Positions 38,233 to 50,501 of a stretch of 64,000 nt of DNA are shown here, piece after piece. Source of the DNA: Octopus sinensis (taxonomy: Eukaryota); the NCBI RefSeq assembly GCF_006345805.1, contig NW_021832997.1, positions 8,237-72,236 on the forward strand, in the 5' to 3' direction. The notes beneath the pieces are model-generated. The model was not told the origin of the DNA, searched no databases, and saw only the letters and a list, made by a program, of their open reading frames with translations. How positions within the stretch are numbered: position 1 is the first letter of the stretch; every line of letters begins with the position of its first letter. The translations under genes and the position numbers were made by a program.

Positions 38233-38559
38233 CTACAGAAATAAAGTTAATTAAAAGCCTAAATATCTGATGCGTATTATAATTATTATTATTTTTCACT
38301 TTAGCACTTTCATCATGAGACCAAATAACATTGGGTTTTCTAAAAATATTTACTGTTATAAACCCAAACTCGAATATAAAAGTTTAAAAGGTTTTAAGCA
38401 ACTAAAAATACAGCAAGATACAATACGAACAAAGATTGCTAAATTGTAAGCAAAACCAAACTTCAACGCAATAACATTTTTATGCAACGAGTTGCTACAT
38501 TCTAGACTAATTAAAATCAACATGAGGAATATTTAAAGGAGAATTCATCTACGAAGCAA

Positions 38560-38815
38560 TTGCCCCAGCTCCCCTTCGGGGTTCGCAAAGGCCATGTGGT
38601 GGACAACGAAAAACCTGGCTGATCTGGAACCCAACCTAGGCCTACCCATGTCTACGGCGTTCGCCGCTGGAATAAGGAGTGGTTGGAGACCACACGGTCG
38701 TTGGCCTTAAATCGCCAGGCCTGGTCGGCGTTTGTGAGAGATGCAGCATTGAGGATGAATGAAGCCAGCTCAACCCACCCCGGGTGGATGCTGTCTCAAA
38801 ACAAGAACTAAAATC
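38560..38815 (+). mobile_element. RTE-like LINE 3' fragment
   Basis: YGVRRWNKEWLETTRSLALNRQAWSAFVRDA resembles RTE ORF C-termini. Confidence 0.5.
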
Positions 38816-38920
38816 AACTCTGAACATGTCGTGCCGCAAACAGATCAGAACTCCACAAAGTGACACTGCAGGCATAGAACAGCAATCAAAATCATGTAAG
38901 CAAAACAAAATTCACAACAA

Positions 38921-39672
38921 CGTAGTCCTAGGTACACTATGTATGAATAAAAGACGGGATGGTCACAACTGGAACATGTTTTAAATCATAGGTCTGCTGG
39001 ATCAGGACTGACCTGGGGCTAAACAACAAGGGAGGCACATTAGATAATGTAGTCCTAGATACACTATGTATGAATAAAAGACAGGATGGTCACAGTTGGA
39101 ACATCCTTTAAATTATAGCTCTGCTGGATCTAAGCTGACCAGGGGCTAAACAACAATAAGGGAGAACACGTTAGATAATGTAGTCCTAGATGCACTATGC
39201 CTGAATAAAAAACAGGATGGTCACAATTGGAACATCCTTTAAATTATAGCTCTGCTGGATCAGGACTGACCTGGGGCTAAACAACAAGGGAGGCACATTA
39301 GATAATGTAGTCCTAGGTACACTATGTATGAATAAAAGACAGGATGGTCACAGTTGGAACATCCTTTAAATTATAGCTCTGCTGGATCTAAGCTGACCAG
39401 GGGCTAAACAACAATAAGGGAGAACACGTTAGATAATGTAGTCCTAGATGCACTATGCCTGAATAAAAAACAGGATGGTCACAGTTGGAACATCTCTGAT
39501 CATAGGTCTGTCTGGATCAGGACTGACCTGGGGCTAAACAACAAGGGAGGCACATTAGATAATGTAGCCCTAGATACACTGTGCCTGAATAAAAGACGGG
39601 ATGGTCACAACTGGAACATGTTTTAAATCATGGCTCTGCTGGATCTAAGCTGACCAGGGGATAAACATCAAC
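38921..39672 (+). repeat. Tandem array of six ~127/131-bp monomers with ABABAB alternation
   Basis: tagataatgtag starts at 39041, 39172, 39299, 39430 and 39556; tails alternate caggactgacctgggg and ctaagctgaccagggg. Confidence 0.9.
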
Positions 39673-39685
39673 AAAGGGGGTCGAC

Positions 39686-40712
39686 CTTGAGTGACTTCAA
39701 CACAACCAAAGCATTCTATAGGGGATTAGTGGAGGGGAGGTACGACGACGATCTCGGGGCAAACCTGGGCGTCGACGAGGAATACCTGACCCGCCTGTTT
39801 CAAACGACTTTCGGCCCGGGACCTATGGACAACTTCCAGAGATCCCTGGCCTGGCGGTGCTACCGAGAAGCGCTACCCGTTCGGGATAAGCTCTATAGGC
39901 ATGGCTCGAGAAACACGGGGCCGACCTGCCCGAGATGCGGGCAGAGCGACGAAACCGCTCTGCACGCAATCGTGCAGTGTCCAGCAATTTCCCACCTGTG
40001 GGCTTATGTCGAACGACTGCTGTCACGTGTGGGACGTATCGGTTTATCAGCCGAGTCTATCGTTAATATCGTCACGCCTCCTTCCTTCAAACGGGAAGGA
40101 AGAGCTATTTTTATCATACTTGTGGCTATGGCGAAAGAATGTATCTGGTGGACGCGCCTGAAAGGATTAGAGACAAACACTTTCCTCTCTGGTCAATCTC
40201 TCATCAACTTCTTCAAGTATCACTTGAGGAGGAAAGTGAGAGTAGAGAGGCAAGTTTTGTCTAGCGAATGTTTTAAAAAAAGATGGGTGAATGTAGCAAG
40301 GATGGCACGTATGAATGACGAAGCCACCTTGACTATGATTCTATGAACCATAAAATTAATACAGAGAGTTGCTTATTTGCAAAAAAAAAAAGAAATATAA
40401 CATGTGACTTCATTGACCGAGGTTACCGTGGTCTTTTCCGTAGGCTTTTCTTTCCACGAGTAAACCTCACCTGTCCTCCCCTTTACACTTCATATTGACA
40501 TTTCTGTGATAACGATCCCTACTGATCAATTTTTTTCCTCTCCCCCTTTTTTTTAACCCACCCCCTTTTTTTGTCCTCTTTCTCTCCTTTTACGATCCCT
40601 TTTGATCGAAACTCCCCCCTCATTTTTTTTTTTCCTTTAACCTTCAAAAGAAAAGCTCTACCTTGTAATTTGTTCTATCTGTGTGCAGCCCTGTGTGGCT
40701 AATAAAGAAACA
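39686..40712 (+). mobile_element. 5'-truncated Tx1/L1-clade LINE with an intact 219-aa C-terminal frame
   Basis: ORF 39687-40346 contains the zinc knuckle; same 3' UTR end cagccctgtgtggctaataaagaaa, followed by tatc repeats. Confidence 0.9.
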
Positions 40713-40778
40713 TATCTATCTATCTCTATGTTATCTTATCTACCAACCAATCTCATATATATATATAATATATATATA

Positions 40779-40811
<33 letters not shown>

Positions 40812-41550
40812 CGTATGTGTGTGGGTGTGTGCGTACGTGTATATATATATGTGTGTGTTTGTGTGAGTGTGTGTGTATACATATGTGCGTATAAGTATGT
40901 CTAGATGAAGACAATAACATCGCCCCCACCCTCTGCTCCCCACAAGAACGGTAATGGCATTCTGAAGACTGGAGAACAGTAAAAACAGCGGCACAGGATG
41001 GGGGAGCGGATGGAGGGCGCGGGGGTGTTACAGAAGGGTGGGGGGGAGCGGATGGAGGGCGCGGGGGTGTTACAGAAGGGGGGGAGCCGTGGTAGACGTG
41101 GGGTGGCGACTATGTGGAGGGTGAGGGGTGAATCCATTTAAAGAACACATGTATGAGTGGTGCTCTGACGTTTGAAACCTAATTATATACACTTCGAGAC
41201 ATATATACACACGTATATACATACATACATACATACTTGTATGTATAAACATTCGCTGGCGCACGCGCACTTATACACACACACACATATACAGACGTAT
41301 ATACATGCTGACGTATCTAGACGCATGTATGTATGCATGTATACTCTCTTTTACTTGTTTCAGTCATTTGACTGCGGCCATGCTGGAGCACCGCCTTTTA
41401 GTCGAGCAAATCTACCCCGGGACTTATTCTTTGTAAGCCCAGTACTTATTCTATCGGTCTCTTTTGTCGAACCGCTAAGTAATGGGGACATAAACACACC
41501 AGCATCGGTTTTCAATCAATGCTAGGGGGACAAACACAGACACACACACA

Positions 41551-41601
<51 letters not shown>

Positions 41602-41780
41602 TATATATATACATATATACGACAGGCTTCTTTCAGTTTCCGTCTACCAAATCCACTCACAAGGCTTTGGTCGGCCCGAGGCTATAGCAGAAGACACTTG
41701 CCCAAGATGCCACGCAGTGGGACTGAACTCGGAACCGTGTGGTTTGTAAACAAGCTACTTACCACACAGCCACTCCTGCG

Positions 41781-41830
<50 letters not shown>

Positions 41831-42105
41831 ATATAATAATATATATATATATATAATATATATATATATACATATATACGACAGGCTTCTTTCAGTTTCC
41901 GTCTACCAAATCCACTCACAAAGCTTTGGTCGACCCGAGGCAATAGCAGAAGACACTTGCCCAAGGTGCCACGCAGTGGTACTGAACCCGGAACCATGTG
42001 GTTTGTAAACAAGCTACTTACCACACAGCCACTCCTGCACCTATATACACACATATATATATATATATATGTATGTATATATATGTATTTATACACACAC
42101 ACAAA

Positions 42106-42310
42106 AGGGGGGCTGCAAAGTTCCTTGCTTTAAGGGTGTCGCGAAAGGCCTGGTTGGAGGCTCAACCTTCTGAGTTCGTTTAGAAGGTTTACAAAAACTG
42201 AAGGACCGCTTGTGTGTGTGAATCTGAGAGGAGAATATGTTGAATAAAATCATAACTGATCCTCCTCTATTTTCTTTTACCCAAAGCGAAGAACTTTTCA
42301 GCATCCACTC
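42106..42310. mobile_element. Tc1/mariner-like MITE
   Basis: Imperfect TIRs ggggctgcaaagttccttgcttt / aaagcgaagaacttttcagcatccactcg; (TA)n adjoining the right end. Confidence 0.5.
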
Positions 42311-42344
<34 letters not shown>

Positions 42345-42348
<4 letters not shown>

Positions 42349-42562
42349 TTAATCCAAACATGAAAACACAAAGAGAAAACACAGCAACGCGAGGACGTGG
42401 AACAAATATAGTATTATTGGACGCTCAGGAAAGAAGGGAAGAAGGAGGGTTTAACGTTTCAAGCGGAGCTCTTCGTCGGAAACATAGGAGAAGGAAAGAT
42501 CCAGAGAAGGGAAGACAGAGGGAAAAAATCGCCAACGGTACACACGAGGTCACATTTTGAAA

Positions 42563-42597
<35 letters not shown>

Positions 42598-42824
42598 CAT
42601 ACATATGATTAAAAATGTGACCGCGTGTGTATCGTTGGCGATTTTTTTTCCCTCTGTCTTCCCTTCTCTGGATCTTTCCTTCTCCTATGTTTCCGACGAA
42701 GAGCTCCGCTCGAAACGTTAAACCCTCCTTCTTCCCTTCTTTCCTGAGCGTCCAATAATACTATATTTGTTCTACGTCCTCGCGTTGTTGTGTTTTCTCT
42801 TTGTGTTTTCATGTTTGGATTAAC

Positions 42825-42830
<6 letters not shown>
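42345..42830. repeat. ~215-bp inverted repeat pair (Penelope pLTR-like) around a microsatellite spacer
   Basis: 42345-42560 is the reverse complement of ~42612-42830; each arm carries a hammerhead-like motif. Confidence 0.8.
42689..42723 (+). ncRNA. Minimal type-I hammerhead ribozyme-like motif (U4C variant)
   Basis: gttt-CCGACGA-a-GAGC-tcc-GCTC-GAAACGTT-aaac: stem I 4 bp, stem II 4 bp, palindromic stem III. Confidence 0.6.
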
Positions 42831-42903
<73 letters not shown>

Positions 42904-43437
42904 ATAAATATACACACCTACGGCATATATACACAAACATACATACACACACCCAGCGGACCTCGCTACTACCACCACAATGCCTATCGTCATCTTACAT
43001 TCACTGTATATATACACACAGCAGTAAGTGGATCCTATGCGTGTATATAAAATTTATAAACAAAATTTTATCTTAACTCTTCAGCCCGCGCCTGACACAC
43101 GGCGAATGGGAGCTTCAATTAATGGCGGATCGGAGATGAAATTAAAGGCGGGGTTGCCTGTGAAAAGTTTTAGCCGTTGTCAGAATATTGTGTAACGGAA
43201 AACAAACATATTCAAAGAATATTTGTACATAAGTTTCATACTTCCTTTTTCTTCCAAAATTTTCGTTGCTTTTGCGCTGGAGTGGCTGTGTGGTAAGTAG
43301 TTTGCTTACCAACCACATGGTTCCGGGTTCATTCCCACTGCGTGGCATCTTGGGCAAGTGTCTTCTGCTATAGCCCCGGGCTGACCAATGCCTTGTGAGT
43401 GGATTTGGTAGACGGAAACTGAAAGAAGCCTGTCGTA

Positions 43438-43478
<41 letters not shown>

Positions 43479-44182
43479 TATATAATATATATATATATAT
43501 GTATGTGTGTGTATGTGTTTGTGTCTGTTTGTCTCCTTAGCATTGCTTGACAACCGATGCTGGTGTGTTTACGTCCCCGTGGCACCTTGGGCAAGTGTCT
43601 TCTATTATTGGATTTGGTAGACGGAAACTGAAAGAAGCCCTTCGTATATATGTATATATATATATGTGTGTGTGTCTGTGTTTGTACCCCTAGCATTGCT
43701 TGACAACCGATGCTGGTGTGTTTACGTCCCCGTCACTTAGCGGTTCGGCAAATGAGACCGATAGAATAAGTACTGGGCTTACAAAAGAATAAGTCACGGG
43801 GTCGATTTGTTCGACTAAAGGCGGTGCTCCAGCATGGCCGCAGTCAAATGACTGAAACAAGTAAAAGAGTAGAGAGAGAACACAAACATATTCAAAGAAT
43901 ATTTCTACATAAGCTTCGTACTTCCTTTTTCTTCCAAAATTTTCGTTGCTTTTGAATGTTGATGAATGTCGATTCTCGTCCAGTGACAAGGATGCAAAAG
44001 CAACGAAAATTTTGGAAGAAGAAATATAAATGAATGGAAATCAAACCGGTGAGTGTGTCTGATAATAAGGCATTAACACAATATGACTCTCCCCAGACAA
44101 AACAAAATTTGCTACAATACGCGAGTTCACATAAAGAATCCTGCAAACCAGATATATATACCAATACTGCTTATATTAATTT

Positions 44183-44254
<72 letters not shown>

Positions 44255-45900
44255 TCTTTTACTCGTTTGCTTGTTTCAGTCATTTTTTACTGTGGCCATG
44301 CTGGAGCATCGCATTTAGTCGAGCAAATCGACTCCAGGACTTATTCTTTGTAAGCCCAGTACTTATTCTATCGGTCTCTTTTGCCGAACCGCTAGGTTAC
44401 GGGGGACATAAACGCACCAGCATCGGTTGTCAAGCGATGTTGAGGGTGTGTGACAATCAGACACACCAACATATACTCACATATACACATATATACGACG
44501 GGCTTCTTTCAGTTTCCGTCTACCAAATCCACTGACAAGGCATTGGTCAGCCCGAAGCTATAGTAGACGACACTTGCCCAAGGTGCCACGCAGTGGGACT
44601 GAACCCGGAACCTATTATATATATATATACATATATACTCTTTTACTTGTTTCAGTCATTTGACTGTGGCCATGCTGGAGCACTGCCTTTAATCGAGCAA
44701 CTCGACCCCGGGACTTATTCTTTGTAAGCCCAGTACTTATTCTATCGGTCTCTTTTGCCGAACCGCTAGGTTACGGGGGACATAAACGCACCAGCATTGG
44801 TTGTCAAGCAATGCTAGGGGGACAAACACAGACACACAAACACACACACTCATATATATATATATACATATATACGACAGGCTTCTTTCAGTTTCCGTCT
44901 ACCAAATCCACTCACAAGGCTTTGGTCGGCCCGGGGCTATAGCAGAAGACCATTACCCAAGGTGCCACGCAGTGGGACTGAACCCGGAACCATTTTCATA
45001 TATGACAGAAAATAATTTTTGTCTCTTTTTATGGAAACAGAAGGGTTTATAGGTCTGCAGAAAAGAAATGCTTCAATATGAATGAGACGAAGATAAAGGA
45101 ACATTGATCGTAGAACAGAAATGAAATTCGAGTCAACAACTTCATATATAATGGTTGTATACTGTCAATCTAACAAGAACGTGACAGTAGGGGGTACACC
45201 ACCGTTATATAGCCCTAGGAGGCATCGAACGCCTCCTGACAGCTTCGGCACATTTTATCCTGTGTCCTTATATACACATACGAAGGGGAGACAAACACCC
45301 CCAACTGCCGGAACTGCATCTAGGGACACCGTGTTTCAGGATCATTGTCCTTCATCGGCCTAGAGTAGCAGACACCGGTCAGCTGGCGATATCTGTCTGG
45401 ACTTCGTATCTGTATATATCTATAGTCAGTGAAGTCTATTCACTGATTATCAAAATAAGAAATATTGAGTTTCTAAATCTCTCGTAGAGAGGTGTACGGT
45501 GGTGGAGCAATATAATGGTTGTATACTGTCAATCTAACAAGAACGTGACAGTAGGGGGTACACCACCGTTTGAGGTGTTATATATAAAGTTGTTGACACG
45601 AATTTGATGTTTGTTCTATGATTAACGTCCCTTTATATATGGAGGAGACTCCCTTCGGTAACTTAGAAAGTTACCCCCCGAGGCACAGAGAAAAATAGTT
45701 ATAGAAAAACTTATCTTAAACTCAGAAATATTAGATTTCTAAATATCTCATAGAGATATGTACGGTGGTGGGGCGATAGAATGGTTGTATACTGTGAACT
45801 TAACGTGACAGTAAGGGAATTACACCACCGCTGTTTAGCCCTAGGAAGCTAGACGCTTCCTGATGGCTTCGACACATTTCCTCTGTCCTTATATATTTAC

Positions 45901-47108
45901 AGGAGGCGCAATGGCCCAGTGGTTAGGGCAGCGGGCTCGCGGTCGGAGGATCGCGGTTTCGATTCCCAGACCGGGCGTTGTGTGTGTTTATTGAGCGAAA
46001 ACACCTAAAAGCTCCACGAGGCTCCGGCAGGGGATGGTGGTGATCCCTGCTGTACTCTTTCACCACAACTTTCTCTCACTCTTACTTCCTGTTTCTGTTG
46101 TACCTGTATTTCAAAGGGCCGGCCTTGTCACTCTCTGTGTCACGCTGAATATCCCCGAGAACTACGTTTAGGGTACACGTGTCTGTGGAGTGCTCAGCCA
46201 CTTACACGTTAATTTCACGAACGGGCTGTTCCGTTGATTCGGATCAACCGGAACCCTCGTCGTCGTAACCGACGGAGTGCTTCCATTTCAAAGGGCCGGC
46301 CTTGTCACTCTGAATATCCCCGAGAACTACGTTAAGGGTACACGTGTCTGTGGAGTGCTCAGCCACTTACACGTTAATTTCACGAGCAGGCTGTTCCGTT
46401 GATTCGGATCAACGGAACCCTCGTCGTCGAACCGACGGAGTGCTTCCATTTCAAAGGGCCGGCCTTGTCACTCTGAATATCCCCGAGAACTACGTTAAGG
46501 GTACACGTGTCTGCGGAGTGCTCAGCCACTTACACGTTAATTTCACGAGCAGGCTGTTCCGTTGATTCGGATCAACCGGAACCCTCGTCGTCGTAACCGA
46601 CGGAGTGCTTCCATTTCAAAGGGCCGGCCTTGTCACTCTGAATATCCCCGAGAACTACGTTAAGGGTACACGTGTCTGTGGAGTGCTCAGCCACTTACAC
46701 GTTAATTTCACGAGCAGGCTGTTCCGTTGATTCGGATCAACCGGAACCCTCGTCGTCGTAACCGACGGAGTGCTTCCATTTCAAAGGGCCGGCCTTGTCA
46801 CTCTGAATATCCCCGAGAACTACGTTAAGGGTACACGTGTCTGCGGAGTGCTCAGCCACTTACACGTTAATTTCACGAGCAGGCTGTTCCGTTGATACGG
46901 ATCAACCGGAACCCTCGTCGTCGTAACCGACGGAGTGCTTCCATTTCAAAGGGCCGGCCTTGTCACTCTGAATATCCCCGAGAACTACGTTAAGGGTACA
47001 CGTGTCTGCGGAGTGCTCAGCCACTTACACGTTAATTTCACGAGCAGGCTGTTCCGTTGATTCGGATCAACCGGAACCCTCGTCGTCGTAACCGACGGAG
47101 TGCTTCCC
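45901..47108 (+). mobile_element. tRNA-derived SINE S3 with its 3' half iterated six times (165-bp unit)
   Basis: A-box tggcccagtgg and B-box-like ggtttcgattcc; units start at 46111, 46288, 46451, 46616, 46781 and 46946; 10-bp TSD atatatttac; monomeric copy at 60646-61030. Confidence 0.92.
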
Positions 47109-47564
47109 ATATATTTACGAAAGGGAGACAAACCCAGCAGCCAGGTCTGCATCTAGAGACACGCATGTTTCAGGGTCTTCTCTATATTTCTAAACACTAT
47201 TTAAATCTATTTATCTTACCACTCTCACCATTTGACAAGTATTTACTATATTTTCTCTCTACTCAATATCAAACCTGGGTCCCAAACCGTTAATTCGTTA
47301 ACCATTGGTTAAACGTAGTTAATATTTTCGTGAAGGGTTTAATTTTCAAGTTAACTTTGGAAATCATTATCGGACTAATTAACTTCCGTTAACTCAAGTC
47401 AACTTGAGTTAACTTCCGTTAACTGAAGAACGGTGACGTGAAACTCTTGAGTTCGAGTTTGTATAGATTCTTTCGGTTTCAATAAAGAGTATTTTACTCT
47501 ATCTTCGGTATTCGAGCACTAATTTTACCAACTTGTTTTGCATTTGTGTGCTTATTTATGTGTA

Positions 47565-47595
<31 letters not shown>

Positions 47596-47648
47596 AAAGA
47601 TAGATAAATAGATACATATACAGATGGAGAGATAGATAGATAGACGGG

Positions 47649-47685
<37 letters not shown>

Positions 47686-47899
47686 TAGATAGACAGATAG
47701 ATAAATAGATAGATGGATGGACAGACAGACACACAGACATATCCTCACGCGCACACACTTACACAGACTAACATGTACACGCACACACACCGCAACCACT
47801 AATCTGTCCTCCTCTCTCTGCACCCTACCCCGAACACACACCCACCTCCCACGCACTGTGAAACCCCTCCTCCTTCTCCACTCCAACTCTCCGTCTCAC

Positions 47900-48588
47900 A
47901 CGTCGCGACCGCCCTGTACCACCACGCATCAATACTACGACGGCCAGCATCATCACCACTACCACCACCACCACCAGCACCACTACCACCACCAGCACCA
48001 CCACCACTACCTCCACTACAATCATCACCACTACCACCCCACCACCACCACCACTACAACCACCAGCGCCACCACCACCACCACCACCACAACTACCACA
48101 ACTACCACCACCAGCGCCACCACCACCGCTACCACCACCACCTCCACTACAATCATCACCACCACCAGCACCAGCACCACTACAACCACCAGCGCCACCA
48201 CCACCACCACCACAACTACCACCACCAGCTCCACCACCACCACCATCACCACCACCTCCACCATCACCACCACCACCACCTTTCTGTCATGTTAAATCAG
48301 TTCGTTCTGTGTTAACTAGAAAAGAACAGGGATCATTATCGCTCCCGCTGCTGTTGGCTTCTTCTGGGTCCCACGGTGGGAGAAGAAAGAAGACAGTAGA
48401 GAGGGGGCGGCGGACCGCCGGCTCCCTCGCGCTCGCTTATCCCCTACCACACCCCACTATTTTCTGCGTCACTTTATACACACCCTTTATATACACCCCT
48501 TCGCGTTCACACACCTTTTACATTCAACACTTTCAGACACGCCACCCCTCACATCCACCCACATGCTCCCTCTCCATCACTCTCACAC

Positions 48589-48626
<38 letters not shown>

Positions 48627-48906
48627 ATATATAATATATATATGTATGTATATATATATATATATATATATATGACAACGAGGGTGACTGTATATATATA
48701 TATATAATATAATATACATATATAGAAAGAGAGAGACCCCCCACACACACACACACGTACAGGTTTATATATATATATACATATATACGTACATATACAT
48801 ACATATATATATACATACATACATATATACATACATACATACATATATACATACATACATACATATATATACATACATACATATACATATATACATACAT
48901 ACATAT

Positions 48907-48937
<31 letters not shown>

Positions 48938-48938
48938 C

Positions 48939-48985
<47 letters not shown>

Positions 48986-49060
48986 CATATATATATATAT
49001 ATACATACATATATATATATACATACATACATATACATACATACATACATATACAAACGG

Positions 49061-49104
<44 letters not shown>

Positions 49105-49260
49105 TGTATATGTATATATGTACATATACAGACGGATATATATAGAGAGAGATAGATCTATATGTGTGTGTGTGTATATATAATATATATATATATATAT
49201 ATGCATATATACAGAGATATGTATATGCCTATATATTGAGACACAAAAATACACTCTCAT
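47900..49260. repeat. (ACC)n and (TACA/TA)n low-complexity tracts
   Basis: Simple repeats giving poly-T/H and YI/MYV pseudo-ORFs. Confidence 0.9.
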
Positions 49261-49754
49261 ACATACATACAGATATATTTATATACACACATATGTACAC
49301 CCACACACACACACATATATATATAAACGTTCTCGTCTGCTTTGTCCTACAGTTGTCTCAGCCCCCGCCATCGTCGCTCTCCCACATCTCCGCCATTTTG
49401 TGTTAATATTTTCACCAACTTTAACCAACGAACTTTCTTCCACATCACTTCTTGACGCATCTGTTGTTGTTCCTTGTATCCATTGTGCCGAATTGTGGCG
49501 GCGGCGGTGGTGGTGGTGGTAGTTGTGCTGGCGGTGGTATGTTGGTGATGGTAGCAATGGTAGTGGTGGTGGTGATTGTGGTAGTTGTAATGGTGGCGGT
49601 GGCAGTTGGGGTGGTGGTGGTGGTAGTTGTGGTGTTGGTGGTACAGTGGTTGGGGTTGGCGAGAGTTCCCTGTTGGTGATGCTGTAGTCTTATCCCGGTA
49701 TCCCATATCATCATCTGGAAAAGATTTTCTAACTAGAAAGGGTGTGGCCTGGTC

Positions 49755-50490
49755 AGCCTGTAATGACATACATAAGATCTAGTCATCAAATCTAAGTAGA
49801 GACTTCAAACTTAAAATCTTCAAAGCCACAGTCGAACCAATTCTACTATATGGCTCAGAAACCTGGACGTTATCAAAGAAGCTTGAGAGGCGGTTGGATG
49901 GAACCTACACTCGCCTCCTTATGAGAGCTCAAAATCTCTCGTGGAAGCACCATCCAACCAAAATGCAAATATATGGGAAACTACCACCTGTGTCATCTCT
50001 TGTGAAAGGTGGAAGAGTCCAGTTTGCTGAACATTGTTGTAGAGCTGAAAAAGAGGTAATCTCTACTCTTCTCCTCTGGAAGCCATCTACTCGCAATACC
50101 AGAGGGCGCACACTCTTTGAGAGGTGATTGGATGGAACCTACACTCGCCTCCTTATGAGAGCTCAAAATCTCTCGTGGAGGCGCCATCCAACCAAAATGC
50201 AAATATATGGGAAATTACAACCTGTGTCATCTCTTGTGAAAGGTAGGAGAGTCCAGTTTGCTGGACATTGTTGTAGAGCTGAAAAAGAGGTAATTTCTAC
50301 TCTTCTCCTCTGGAAGCCATCTACTCGCAATACCAGAGGGCGAACACTCTCCTACCCTGATGTAATCTCCAGGGATACAGGCATCCAGCAACAGACCTCC
50401 GTAATGCCATGATGGACCGTGAAGTCCGGCGTAGCATGGTAAATTCCATTGTCTCGACCACGGTCGAACAATGATGATGATGATGATCCC
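49755..50490 (+). mobile_element. RTE-clade LINE 3' end with an internal ~235-bp duplication and (GAT)n tail
   Basis: FKLKIFKATVEPILLYGSETWTLSKKLERRLDGTYTRLLMRAQNLSW...RVQFAGHCCRA...LLLWKP...RGRTLSYPD. Confidence 0.9.
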
Positions 50491-50501
50491 GGTAACGTTA
50501 T

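Noticed and set aside
45901-45980. tRNA gene (also 60646-60725 and 60530-60610)
   Set aside because: A and B boxes are present, but the sequence continues into SINE body with a TSD and no convincing acceptor stem; these are SINE heads
46111-47108. CRISPR or tandem ncRNA gene array
   Set aside because: Units are near-identical copies of a SINE 3' half with no spacers
49330-49420. Plus-strand splice acceptor ctgctttgtcctacag with a nearby YY1-like ccgccatttt
   Set aside because: No convincing open exon or donor follows; not enough support for a feature
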